DNA of 52,128 bases from a virus. Its lineage: Duplodnaviria > Caudoviricetes. This document shows, in pieces, positions 8,934 through 18,048 of this stretch. The first letter of the stretch is position 1, and every line of letters starts with the position of its first letter. The translations under genes and the position numbers were made by a program. Below the pieces are notes generated by a model. That model saw only the letters and a program-made list of their open reading frames with translations, was not told the DNA's origin and made no database searches. The DNA lies in the IMG/VR virus record IMGVR_UViG_3300005828_000112, positions 1 to 52,128 of that record; one strand, given 5' to 3'.

Positions 8934-10567
8934 CCCCGATGGACGAACGATCGAACAAGCGCCGACGTCGGCGCGGCGCACGTCAGCAGCACCGCGACCA
9001 GATGGCCGACCGCCCCAGCGTCGGGGCCTCGGTGCGTCAGCTGACCGTGGATGATCCTACGACCTGGACATCATCAAGCGCGCTGGCGGCCATCCGTGAG
9101 CACGAGCTCGGCATGTTCCAGTCTAGCGGTGCGCTGATCGACGCGATGGGCCGCGACGACCGGATCCGCGGCTGCGTGCAGACCCGCGTCAATGCGCTTG
9201 TGGCGAAGTCCGGGCTCGACTTCGCGATCGTGCCCCCGAAGGGCGGTTCCCAGCAGCTGGCCGACCGCGTTTCTTCCTGGTGGTCACACGTGCTCGAAGA
9301 TGACGTTCTGCGCGACATGACGCGCGATGTCGTGATGGCTGGCGTCTACATCGGGCGCGTGTCCTGGTCGCGGCTGGCGCGCGAGTGGGTCCCGACGGCG
9401 ATCGAACGCTGGCACACCCAGAACATCCGCTGGGACGAAGACGGGCGGCAATGGATCGTTGATTCGACCGAGGGCCAGATCCCGATCGACCGCGAAGATC
9501 CGAACTGGCTGATCATCGAAGCCAGCAAGGGGCGCGCGTGGATGTCGGGCGCAGTCCGAGCCCTGGGGCTGGCCTACATCATGCGGTCGTTCAACTGGCG
9601 CGACTGGGCGCGGTTCAACGAACGCCACGGGCTGCCCGTCATCACGATCACCGAGCCCTACGGCTTCGACCAGGTCACAAAGGATCGCTTCTACCGGTCG
9701 ATCCGTTCGATGGGCTCCACGGGCGTCGTCAGGCTGCCGAAGAACAACGCTGGGCAAGGCTTCGAGATCGGCTTCCAGGAAGCCAAGGATCGCGCCTTCG
9801 ACACCTTCGGGCAGTTCAGGCGCGACCTGGACATCGCGATCGCCGTTTGCTTGCTGGGGCAGAACCTGACCAGCGAAGCGACCGGCGGATCGCTGGCGCT
9901 GGGACGGGTGCACGACCGCATCCGCCAGGACTACCTCGAGGGCGACAGCGAACTTCTATCCGACGCGCTGCGCCGAGAGCTGATCGTGCGCTGGGCGTCG
10001 TTCAACATCCCAGGCTTCCGCCCTGACGATGCGCCGATCCCGACCTGGAAGACCGAAGTCCCCGAAGATCGAAAGCTGGAAGCGGAAACGCTCAGCAGCG
10101 TCGCTGATGCGATTCGGACGCTGCAGGACACTGGGCAGCCCGTCGACTTCGCGGAGATCTTTCGGCGCACGGGGATCCCGTTGCTGCCCGGGGCGCAGCC
10201 GGTCGCGAATGCGCCAGCGAATGGCCCAGCGGCGGCTGCACAGCGGGCCAGCCTGGCCCACCAGCCAGCGCGGCCGCGCCTGGCATCGGGCGATGATCCG
10301 ACCGCCGCCAGCGGCTTCGTGGAGGGGCAGACCTACGTGGACGACGTCGTCGACGCCGCGCGCGATCGCGTCGGATCGGCCCATGCGCCGTTCGTTCAGA
10401 AGCTGCTGTCGATCGTCGATGCGGCGAGCAGCTATGAAGACGTCCGCCAGATGGTCATCGACGCATACGGCAGCTCCGAACCGCCCGAGCAGGTTCGCGA
10501 CCTGATCCATAAGGCTCTCGTGCTGGCCGACCTGGCTGGGCGCACAGCAGTCGATCAGGACGCATGA
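8930..10567 (+). CDS. Portal protein, Mu gp29/DUF935-like
   Basis: DWARFNERHGLP, LLGQNLTSE..GGSLALGRVH motifs; follows TerL. Confidence 0.93.
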   Translation: MTPMDERSNKRRRRRGARQQHRDQMADRPSVGASVRQLTVDDPTTWTSSSALAAIREHELGMFQSSGALIDAMGRDDRIRGCVQTRVNALVAKSGLDFAIVPPKGGSQQLADRVSSWWSHVLEDDVLRDMTRDVVMAGVYIGRVSWSRLAREWVPTAIERWHTQNIRWDEDGRQWIVDSTEGQIPIDREDPNWLIIEASKGRAWMSGAVRALGLAYIMRSFNWRDWARFNERHGLPVITITEPYGFDQVTKDRFYRSIRSMGSTGVVRLPKNNAGQGFEIGFQEAKDRAFDTFGQFRRDLDIAIAVCLLGQNLTSEATGGSLALGRVHDRIRQDYLEGDSELLSDALRRELIVRWASFNIPGFRPDDAPIPTWKTEVPEDRKLEAETLSSVADAIRTLQDTGQPVDFAEIFRRTGIPLLPGAQPVANAPANGPAAAAQRASLAHQPARPRLASGDDPTAASGFVEGQTYVDDVVDAARDRVGSAHAPFVQKLLSIVDAASSYEDVRQMVIDAYGSSEPPEQVRDLIHKALVLADLAGRTAVDQDA

Positions 10568-12216
10568 CCTGGGGCGCTACCGCCGACCCCGCGCGCTTCG
10601 ACGAAGCGGCAGACTGGTTTGCTGCCCGCAATGTCGCGACGCGCGCCCAGGTCGACCTGATGACCGCCCAGCAGCGATCGCGCGCGTTCTGGGTTTCCGC
10701 GGGGCTCGATCTCAAGTCCGTTCAGATCGTGTTCGACGAACTGCAGCGGGCCATCGACGAAGGCAAACCGCTTCAAGACTTCCAGCGGCGGGTGCGCGAG
10801 AAGCTAGGCGCAGTGTCGCCGTCTGGCGCGCACCTTGAAACGGTCATGCGCACGAACGTGCAGACCGCCTACAACACCGGGCGCTGGCAGCAGATGAACG
10901 ATCCCAGCGTGATCCAGCTGCGCCCGTTCTGGATGTTCGACGCGGTCCTAGACAGCCGCACGACGCCCATCTGCACCGAGCTCGATGCCACGGTGCGCGC
11001 AGCCGACGACCCGGTCTGGCTGCAATACTGGCCGCCCCTTCATCACCGCTGCCGCAGCTCGGTTCGGTCGCTGACGCGCGGCCAGGCCGAACGGCGCGGC
11101 ATCACCGAAGGAGCCCCGGGCCTGCAGCCCCCAGGCGATTTCGGCCAGGCGCCCCCGGTCAGGGGCGAAACCCCGCCCGACCGATCGAAGTTTGCGCCCG
11201 AAGTCTGGGACGTCTACCAGAAGCGGGTGACGCAAGCCGCGAACGCTGCGGCGGAGATCAACGCAGCCGAAGCGGCCGCGCGAACCCTGGGCGACCCCGC
11301 CCACTGGCTGCAGCAGGCCCAGAACGACTACGGCGCCGACGCTGCGCCAGCTGTCGCATGGGGCCGCGCGATGGAGCACCGCGGCCGCGCGATCACGTAC
11401 GGCGAAGCCGAAAAGCGCTGGGCCGCGCTGACGAAGGGCATGCGCAACGGGGCCGATCCGACCCTGTTCCGAGAGAACCTGTTCGGGCTGTTCGACGACG
11501 CGCTGGGCGACGTCGACAAGCCTGCGACGCTGGGCGGTCTGATCGACAAGCTGGCCGAGCTGGTGCCCCACGACGAAGACAAGGCACATCAGCGCATCGC
11601 GCTGGGCCGGTATGGCCGCGCCTGCGCCAGCGTGCTGGGGCACGTCGACAGCATTCAGCAGGCGGGCAGCATCGCGCTTCAAAGCGTGACCCGCGTAGCC
11701 AACGGGGCCGCGACGCTGGCCGACGCCCGCAAGGGCCAGGCGGTCGCGCGCCGCTTCTTCGAGCGGCTCTCCGATGCGTCGATCGTCCAGCCCACGTCGA
11801 TGCAATGGCGGGTGACGAAGAACCGGCGGGCGGGTTTCCACGTCTTCTGGATCGAAATGGGCAAGGGCAGCGCCGAATCCCAGATCCACGAATGGGGCCA
11901 TGCGCTCGAGCACCTAAACCCGCGGCTTCATCGCCAGGCGGTCGGATTTCTGCGCACGCGCACGGCTGGCGAAACACCGCAGCAGCTGAGCGCACTGCTG
12001 AACGCGTCCTACGGGCCGTCCGAAGTCGCGACGCCCGATCGGCTCTTCGACGCCTACATGGGCAAGCGATACCAGGGGGACGTGTTCACCGAGATCACCA
12101 GCATGGGCGCGCAGTTCATGTATGCAAGCCCCGCAACGGTCCTGCAGATGGGCGATGACGATTCCCTAGCGTTTCTGCTGGGTCAGCTGGCGGGCGATGC
12201 GCTGGACAAGCCGTGA
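10564..12216 (+). CDS. MuF/SPP1 gp7-like head morphogenesis protein with C-terminal HExxH metallopeptidase-like extension
   Basis: LETVMRTNVQTAYNTGR, DSRTT..C, PPLHHRCRS MuF motifs; HEWGH at 11887-11901. Confidence 0.9.
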   Translation: MTWGATADPARFDEAADWFAARNVATRAQVDLMTAQQRSRAFWVSAGLDLKSVQIVFDELQRAIDEGKPLQDFQRRVREKLGAVSPSGAHLETVMRTNVQTAYNTGRWQQMNDPSVIQLRPFWMFDAVLDSRTTPICTELDATVRAADDPVWLQYWPPLHHRCRSSVRSLTRGQAERRGITEGAPGLQPPGDFGQAPPVRGETPPDRSKFAPEVWDVYQKRVTQAANAAAEINAAEAAARTLGDPAHWLQQAQNDYGADAAPAVAWGRAMEHRGRAITYGEAEKRWAALTKGMRNGADPTLFRENLFGLFDDALGDVDKPATLGGLIDKLAELVPHDEDKAHQRIALGRYGRACASVLGHVDSIQQAGSIALQSVTRVANGAATLADARKGQAVARRFFERLSDASIVQPTSMQWRVTKNRRAGFHVFWIEMGKGSAESQIHEWGHALEHLNPRLHRQAVGFLRTRTAGETPQQLSALLNASYGPSEVATPDRLFDAYMGKRYQGDVFTEITSMGAQFMYASPATVLQMGDDDSLAFLLGQLAGDALDKP

Positions 12217-12231
12217 AGGTAGGCTGAAGCC

Positions 12232-12531
12232 ATGAACTGGGTATTCGGTGACGGGACGGTCCTTCAGCAGGCTGGTGCAGCCGCGCAGGTCATCGGTGCG
12301 ACCGTGCTGGCGGGTCGCCTGCGCCACGATCTTGAGCTGCTGGGCACGGACATGCGCCCCTACGTATGGCTGCACCCGCGGCCATCTACGGGCCTACCGC
12401 TGGACCCGTCAAACCCGCAGCACATCGACACCTGGTGTCGCGACCATGCGGCAAGCCTGCAGGTCGTCGTCGTCAACGCGCCCGAGATCGACTATCCGCA
12501 GGCCGATTCGGAGCCTGGCGCGGTCTACTGA
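12232..12531 (+). CDS. Hypothetical protein, candidate immunity partner of the MuF extension
   Basis: 99-aa ORF 15 nt after the MuF stop with an AGGTAGG RBS; function inferred from position only. Confidence 0.6.
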   Translation: MNWVFGDGTVLQQAGAAAQVIGATVLAGRLRHDLELLGTDMRPYVWLHPRPSTGLPLDPSNPQHIDTWCRDHAASLQVVVVNAPEIDYPQADSEPGAVY

Positions 12532-12538
12532 TTTCAAG

Positions 12539-12731
12539 GAACGGGGCGCAGGCCGAGCTCGCGCGCACGCGCCTGGGTTTACCCCTTCTGTCCGGCCTCG
12601 GGCAGGATCCCAGGAAGCAGCGTAGCTGGCGCCTGAAGGCCGACCCGTTCAAGTGCCGGATCCCGACGTCCGGTGCGGGCGCGTCGCGCATGATCGGTTC
12701 CGGGATTCCCCTCGGCCGATCACGCGCGGCG
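12539..12731. ncRNA. Candidate structured intergenic RNA or 5' leader
   Basis: Nested stems 12539-12650 and a near-perfect long stem 12682-12731 in a ~240-bp non-coding gap. Confidence 0.3.
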
Positions 12732-12772
12732 AACTTCTAACTACGCGGCCGCGCGCCGTGAGAAACGGATCG

Positions 12773-13528
12773 ATGATGGATGTCGCCGAACTACTGATCT
12801 ACGAAGACATCGGCGGATGGTGGGGCATCACAGCCGCCGAGCTCGAGCGCGAACTGCGGCGCGTCGAAGTCCAGGAGATCACCGTCAGGATCAACAGCTA
12901 CGGTGGCGAAGCGTTCGAAGGGATCGCGATCCACAATCTGCTGACGCGCCACGATGCGCGCGTCGTCGTCCATGTCGACGGGATCGCCGCCAGCGCGGCC
13001 AGCATCATCTCGATGGCGGGCGACGAGATCCACATGGCGGCGAACGCCATGATGATGATCCACGAAGCCTGGGGCATGACGCAGGGACCAGCGGAAGACC
13101 ACGAGAAGCACGCCGCCATGCTGCGCAAGCTGAACCGCGCCAGCGGGGAAACCTACGCCGGCCGCACGCAGCGCGAGATCGAAGACGTTCTGAAGCTGAT
13201 GGCCGACGAAACCTGGATGACCGCCCAGGATGCGCTCGCGATGGGCTTCGCGACGCATGTGACGCCCGCGAAATCCGGGGACGATTCGGAATCGGCACTC
13301 GAGGCCATGGTCGCGGCTGCATCGATGTCGCACGTCGCAAACGGCTTCCGCCATGCCCCAGCACCGCTTCAGCGCATGCTCACGCGCGCACATCACCCGA
13401 AGCAAACGCGCGCGGGTGCATCGCTGATCCACAAAGCAAGTCAGCCGCCGAAGACCGCGCGCGAACTACAGCGCACGGCCCTGGGTGGATTGGCTTGCGG
13501 GTTTGCCGCACGGATCGGCGACCCGTAG
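12773..13528 (+). CDS. ClpP-type head maturation protease
   Basis: INSYGG, DGIAASAASII (catalytic Ser), MMIHEAW (His), ETWMTA..A...GFA. Confidence 0.93.
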   Translation: MMDVAELLIYEDIGGWWGITAAELERELRRVEVQEITVRINSYGGEAFEGIAIHNLLTRHDARVVVHVDGIAASAASIISMAGDEIHMAANAMMMIHEAWGMTQGPAEDHEKHAAMLRKLNRASGETYAGRTQREIEDVLKLMADETWMTAQDALAMGFATHVTPAKSGDDSESALEAMVAAASMSHVANGFRHAPAPLQRMLTRAHHPKQTRAGASLIHKASQPPKTARELQRTALGGLACGFAARIGDP

Positions 13529-13561
13529 ATCCGTAAATCGACAAACCAAGGGGACCACGAA

Positions 13562-14230
13562 ATGAAACTCGAGGAATTGCTGGCCATGATGGGCGTGTCA
13601 TCTGCCGCTGACGCAGCAGCAGCGATCACGCGCATGAATCTGTTTCTGGAAGAGCTGAAGACGAAATCGGGCACAGCCAGCGTCGGCGAAGCACTCGATG
13701 TGATGCGCGACCGGATGCGCGCGCTGGATGCCATCGAAGCGGCCGCAGGCGCCCAGGGAACCGCAGCGCTGGCCCGGGTCGAAGCATGGCGCCAGTCTGC
13801 CGACCGCGTGACGGAGCTCGAAGCCCGCGCGACCGCGACCGAACAGCAGCTCAAGGATCGCGACGCGCAGACGCTGCTCGATGCAGCGGGCGAAGAGGGC
13901 CGCCTTCTTCCGGCGCATCGCGAACGCGCGCAGCAGTTCTACCAGAGCCACGGGATCGACGCGCTGCGCGAATACCTGGCCGCCTTGCCCGTGATGGCGC
14001 ACGCACCTGGGACCCGCGACGTCCGCCAGCCGCAGTCGCCGAACCCCGAACAGCGCACGGCGACATCGTTGTCTGCCGAAGAGCGCAAGATCGCGAAGCT
14101 GATGGGCATCAGCGAGGCCGAAATGGCCGCGGGGCTTTCGACATGGGAGCAACACAAGGGCGTGATCGACGAACAGCACACAAACGCGCTGAACAAAACG
14201 ATCACCAAGGTGGGCACGCAGGCCGCCTGA
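13562..14230 (+). CDS. Scaffolding protein (Mu gpI/gpZ C-terminal-like)
   Basis: Coiled coil, LLDAA..EGRLLPA and LSAEERKIAKLMGIS motifs; lies between protease and capsid genes. Confidence 0.75.
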   Translation: MKLEELLAMMGVSSAADAAAAITRMNLFLEELKTKSGTASVGEALDVMRDRMRALDAIEAAAGAQGTAALARVEAWRQSADRVTELEARATATEQQLKDRDAQTLLDAAGEEGRLLPAHRERAQQFYQSHGIDALREYLAALPVMAHAPGTRDVRQPQSPNPEQRTATSLSAEERKIAKLMGISEAEMAAGLSTWEQHKGVIDEQHTNALNKTITKVGTQAA

Positions 14231-14320
14231 TCGGCCATTGCCAGCAAAGCAAATCACGCAGCAGCGGGACCCTAGCCCCCGCGACGCCCCCACAAAACGT
14301 TTACCCGAATAGGTGAGATC

Positions 14321-14743
14321 ATGGCTGCATTGACGACTGAGCGCGACACGAAGAAGCGCGACGATTCCCCGTTCTACGATCTGCCCGTCGCTGCATCGAC
14401 GGTCATCTGGCAAGGTTCGCTCGTGTGCATGAATGCATCGGGCTACCTGGTGCCAGGTGCGATCGCCACGACCCTGAAGGCGGTCGGGCGCGCAGAGCAG
14501 ACCGTCGACAACAGCGCCGGTGCAAACGGCGATGTGACCTGCAAGGTTCAGCACGGCATCTTCAAATGGGAGAATGCCGGCGGCGATGCGGTCGTTCAGG
14601 CCGACATCTACGCGGCTTGCTACGTCACGGACGATCAGACCGTGAGCAAGACCGATGGCACGGGCACGAAGAGCTCGGCTGGTCGCGTCGTGCAGGTCGA
14701 TTCCGACGGCGTCTGTGTCCAGACGGATCCGCGACTGGTCTGA
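14321..14743 (+). CDS. Capsid decoration/cement protein (DUF2190-like)
   Basis: PVAA...WQGSLV, VGRAEQTVDNS.GA.G, CYVTDDQTV pattern typical upstream of a Mu-like MCP. Confidence 0.8.
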   Translation: MAALTTERDTKKRDDSPFYDLPVAASTVIWQGSLVCMNASGYLVPGAIATTLKAVGRAEQTVDNSAGANGDVTCKVQHGIFKWENAGGDAVVQADIYAACYVTDDQTVSKTDGTGTKSSAGRVVQVDSDGVCVQTDPRLV

Positions 14744-14808
14744 TCGGGCAAACCTGATCAGCGACTGATCACAACCCCACAAGCGGATTCAACAGGAGCA
14801 CATCGACA

Positions 14809-15708
14809 ATGGACATCACACCTTCGGCGATCCGGGCGCTGCGCGCCACGTTCGACGCATCGTTTCGCAGCGCCTACGACATGGCGCCGATCTTCTATCC
14901 GAACCTCACGACGACGGTTCCTTCCAGCGGGCCGCAGAACAACTACGGCTGGATGGCCCAGCTTCCCAAGATGCGCGAATGGCTCGGGCCGCGCGTGTTC
15001 AACAACCTGATCACGCACAACTACGTGCTCGAAAACAAGGAATGGGAGCTCTCCTTCGAAGTGCCGCGGAAGGACATCGAAGATGACAACCTGGGGATCT
15101 ACCGGGAGCTGTCGGCTGCGCATGGCGAAGCGGCGCGAAAGCATCCCGACGACCTGCTGACGCTGCTTCTGCAGAACGGCAACAGCGAGCTGTGTTTCGA
15201 TGGCCAGTTCTTCTTCGACACCGATCACCCAGTGGCGCCGAAGGACGCATCGCAGGGCACCTACAGCAACTACCGGACGGGCAAGGCGCTGAGCGATTCG
15301 AACTACGAAGAGCTGCGCGCCGCGATGCTCGGCTTCAAGGGTGACGGCGGGCACGTGCTGGGCGTGTTGCCGAACCTGCTGGTGGTCCCGCCAGCTCTCG
15401 AGAGCACCGCGAAGAAGATCGTGATGCTGTCGAAGAACGCCGCGGGCGCCGACAACCCAAACTACGGGACCGCCACGGTCATGATGATCCCCGAGCTCGC
15501 GGGTCAAGACACGACCTGGTACCTGCTGAGCACGCAGCGCCGGATCAAGCCCTTCGTCTGGCAGACCCGCCGCGCGCTGAACTTCGTCATGAAGAACGCG
15601 CTGACTGACGAGTCCGTGGTCTACGATCGCGTGTTCCATTTCATGGCGGATGCCCGCTACAACATGGGCTACACGCTGCCCTTCCTGGCCCTGAAAGCGG
15701 TCGCCTGA
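14809..15708 (+). CDS. Major capsid protein, Mu gpT-like
   Basis: YGWMAQLPKMREWLG, CFDGQFFFDTDHPV, LVVPPALE, WYLL...IKPFVWQ; CAGGAG RBS. Confidence 0.95.
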   Translation: MDITPSAIRALRATFDASFRSAYDMAPIFYPNLTTTVPSSGPQNNYGWMAQLPKMREWLGPRVFNNLITHNYVLENKEWELSFEVPRKDIEDDNLGIYRELSAAHGEAARKHPDDLLTLLLQNGNSELCFDGQFFFDTDHPVAPKDASQGTYSNYRTGKALSDSNYEELRAAMLGFKGDGGHVLGVLPNLLVVPPALESTAKKIVMLSKNAAGADNPNYGTATVMMIPELAGQDTTWYLLSTQRRIKPFVWQTRRALNFVMKNALTDESVVYDRVFHFMADARYNMGYTLPFLALKAVA

Positions 15709-15719
15709 AGGTGGCACCG

Positions 15720-16076
15720 ATGCAGACGAAGGAGGCAAAGCAGTGGGTCCGCGTTCGCGCGCGGGCGAAGCGCGGCTTCTGGCGCGCGGGGATGTTCTGG
15801 CCCTGTTCGTACGTGTATCGGGAGCTGTCCGCTGCCGATGCGGCGATCGTGCTGGCGGAAACGCAGCTCGATGCGCACACGTGCGATGGGCCGCCGGTCG
15901 GCGACCCTTCAGCGCCAGAACCGGCCCCGCAGGCCACGACGTACCAGACCCTGGGCGATCCGCCGAAGGGCGATGCCGACGACGAAGAACCGGACGGCGT
16001 ACCGCTTCCGATGATCGATTCCCCCAGCGGGGAAACGCCGGAAGGGGCGAAGGCTCGGCGGCCCAAGGGCCGGTGA
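15720..16076 (+). CDS. HI1506-like Mu-type prophage protein
   Basis: VRVRA...GFWRAG motif after the MCP; acidic, Pro-rich tail. Confidence 0.65.
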   Translation: MQTKEAKQWVRVRARAKRGFWRAGMFWPCSYVYRELSAADAAIVLAETQLDAHTCDGPPVGDPSAPEPAPQATTYQTLGDPPKGDADDEEPDGVPLPMIDSPSGETPEGAKARRPKGR

Positions 16077-16110
16077 GGGGGTCGGCGGTCTGCATCGCCG
16101 CTGGCTTCAG

Positions 16111-16171
16111 GATCGCGGCCGCCCGTCGATGTCGCGCCTTCTTCATCGTAGGGTGGCCGCGGTTCGTTTTT
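16111..16171 (+). terminator. Probable intrinsic terminator or attenuator after the head genes
   Basis: Stem 16111-16124 / 16151-16164 with inner CGATG/CATCG, then CGTTTTT. Confidence 0.5.
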
Positions 16172-16193
16172 CCAACGCAGCAGGAGTCAGCGC

Positions 16194-16595
16194 ATGGCCT
16201 ACATCACGATCGCCGAACTGGATCGGCTGGGCATCACACCCGACGCGCTGTGCGACGTCAGCAACACCGCGAAGCTGGAAGCGATCGAAGCGGCCAGCAG
16301 CGAAGCGGACTCCTACATTTCTTCGCGGTATGTGACACCCCTGGCGACCGTCCCGCTTGTCGTGAAGTTTCACGTCGCGCGTCTGGCTAGCGCGATGCTG
16401 ATCGACGGTCGCGGGCGCCAGGTCGATGGCGACGATCGCACGATCGACATGATGCGCGCAGCGGCGATCAAGTTTTTCGAGCGCGTATCGTCTGGCGTAG
16501 CGACGCTGGGACCCACCGAAGTCGCGCCAGCGGTGATCGAATCACCGGACGTCGACAGCGACGACGATCGCGGCTGGTCGCGGGGATCGGTGTGA
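16194..16595 (+). CDS. Head-tail adaptor, Mu gp36/DUF1320-like
   Basis: MAYIT..EL, AIEAASSEADSYI..RY..PL..VP, AIKFFERVSSG..L. Confidence 0.88.
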   Translation: MAYITIAELDRLGITPDALCDVSNTAKLEAIEAASSEADSYISSRYVTPLATVPLVVKFHVARLASAMLIDGRGRQVDGDDRTIDMMRAAAIKFFERVSSGVATLGPTEVAPAVIESPDVDSDDDRGWSRGSV

Positions 16596-17086
16596 GTGCT
16601 GGCGGGCGCAAGGTTCGGGCCTGGGCCAAAGCGTTCGGCGACCTGGACGGCGCGCTAAGCGCTATCAGCGGGTCGCTGGCCGAAGAAACCGTGAACCTGA
16701 TCAAGGATGGATTCCGCCACGAAACCGACCCCTATGGCGACCGCTGGACGCCGAAGCAGGCTGCCGATGGCCGCAAGACGCTGTCGGGCCCCACATCGCG
16801 CTTGAAGACCGGCTGGCACGTGCGCGTGCAAGGTGCGTCCGGCTTCATCGTGTCGCCGTCCGTGGAATACGCCGCGCCGCACCAGAACCCGAAGCCTGGA
16901 CCTGGCGGCAAGCTCAAGCGCCCGCGCCGCATGATGGTGCCGACCGCCGAAAAGGGCATCCCGCCGACCTGGTCGCGGGCCTATGCCGAGATCGTGAATG
17001 AACATCTGGGCGCCCTGGGTGTGCCCGAATCAGCGCGCGCGATCGCCGTGCGACGGATCAAGCTGACGGTAGGTGGGGGATCATGA
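16592..17086 (+). CDS. Virion morphogenesis protein, Mu gpG-like
   Basis: F..ETDPYG.RW.P, L..TSRL, VEYAAPHQ, PRR motifs. Confidence 0.8.
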   Translation: MSAGGRKVRAWAKAFGDLDGALSAISGSLAEETVNLIKDGFRHETDPYGDRWTPKQAADGRKTLSGPTSRLKTGWHVRVQGASGFIVSPSVEYAAPHQNPKPGPGGKLKRPRRMMVPTAEKGIPPTWSRAYAEIVNEHLGALGVPESARAIAVRRIKLTVGGGS

Positions 17087-17628
17087 CGCAGAAGGCCCCA
17101 CTGGGCGCGCTCGAGACAATCTGCGACGCGATCACGACAGCCATGGACGTCGAAGGGCTGCTGACCGCATTCGGCGAACGTGAACGAAGCGTGCACGGGC
17201 GACCGCCGCGGATCGTCTGGGTGCCGACCGGAGGCACACTTGCCAAGCCCGACCGAACGGGTCCTATCAGCTACGCGGGCGGGATCCTCGAGCCCCTGTA
17301 TTCGGGGCTGGTCACGATGGAAGCGCATGTTTGGGCTGCATCGTTCGCGGAGCTCGAAGCGCTTTGGGTGCTGCTGCTGGACACCGCGCGCGATTGTCTG
17401 GGCACTGCATCGGATCCAGGTGCCTTCAGGTTCGACACGCAGATCGAACGCGCGGGCCGGTCGCATGGCGACTGGGAAAAGCTCACGCAGCTGTTCACCT
17501 GGGATCTGAACCTGACGCAGATCAATGAGAACACCGTTCCCGACGGCACGATCACGAACAAGCGCGCGCTGACGATCGCGACCTTCACGCACACGTGTTC
17601 GCTGGATCTGAACCTTCCGATCCCATGA
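17083..17628 (+). CDS. Putative tail terminator/completion protein
   Basis: Position after the gpG-like gene; PPRIVWVP; ATGA coupling. Confidence 0.55.
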   Translation: MTQKAPLGALETICDAITTAMDVEGLLTAFGERERSVHGRPPRIVWVPTGGTLAKPDRTGPISYAGGILEPLYSGLVTMEAHVWAASFAELEALWVLLLDTARDCLGTASDPGAFRFDTQIERAGRSHGDWEKLTQLFTWDLNLTQINENTVPDGTITNKRALTIATFTHTCSLDLNLPIP

Positions 17629-17637
17629 TGCAATCGA

Positions 17638-18048
17638 ATGCGCCTGATCAACCCACCAGTAAGGCCGCTTGTTCGGTCTGCCGATTGTCCCCCATCGCTT
17701 GTTGTCGGCGAAGCTGTCTCGATCTCGGCGGCGAAGGTGGGCCGGCGTCTGGTCGTCGAGCGGTTCGACCCGTTTCATTCTGACGTGACGACCTTCCGGC
17801 CCGCGATCGGGGTCTGCACCGCGAAGCTCACCAGCACGACATGCCGCGTGCAGCTCTGGGGCATCCTGCGCGGCATCTACACCGGGCTGATCCCTGGCCG
17901 GCGGTACGTTCTGGACGCTTCGGCGCTGCCCGCGATCTACGTCCCCGCGCCCGTCGGCGGGATCGCGTGGTCGATGCCGATCGGGATCGCGACCAGCACG
18001 GATGAGATCATGATTTCCCCGCAGGCGCCCAGCGCACGGCGGGTCTGA
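17638..18048 (+). CDS. Cement/decoration-like structural protein
   Basis: GEAV...AIGV...V...G....GLIPGRRYVL...IGIA pattern resembles the C-terminus of 18620-19828. Confidence 0.6.
   Translation: MRLINPPVRPLVRSADCPPSLVVGEAVSISAAKVGRRLVVERFDPFHSDVTTFRPAIGVCTAKLTSTTCRVQLWGILRGIYTGLIPGRRYVLDASALPAIYVPAPVGGIAWSMPIGIATSTDEIMISPQAPSARRV

Noticed and set aside
12603-12621. SRP (4.5S) RNA suggested by CAGGATCCCAGGAAGCAGC
   Set aside because: Lacks the GNRA tetraloop geometry of helix 8, and these bases pair better in the longer rod; kept only as a generic structured-RNA candidate
14754-14782. TGATCAG-CGA-CTGATCA palindrome and a CCCCACAA motif shared with ~14288 upstream of the capsid genes
   Set aside because: Short, only two instances, and no independent support for a function
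8930-17086. Transposable Mu-like phage
   Set aside because: Only the head and neck genes are Mu-like; no MuA, MuB, Mor/C or Mu ends, and replication uses an iteron initiator with RecT/YqaJ
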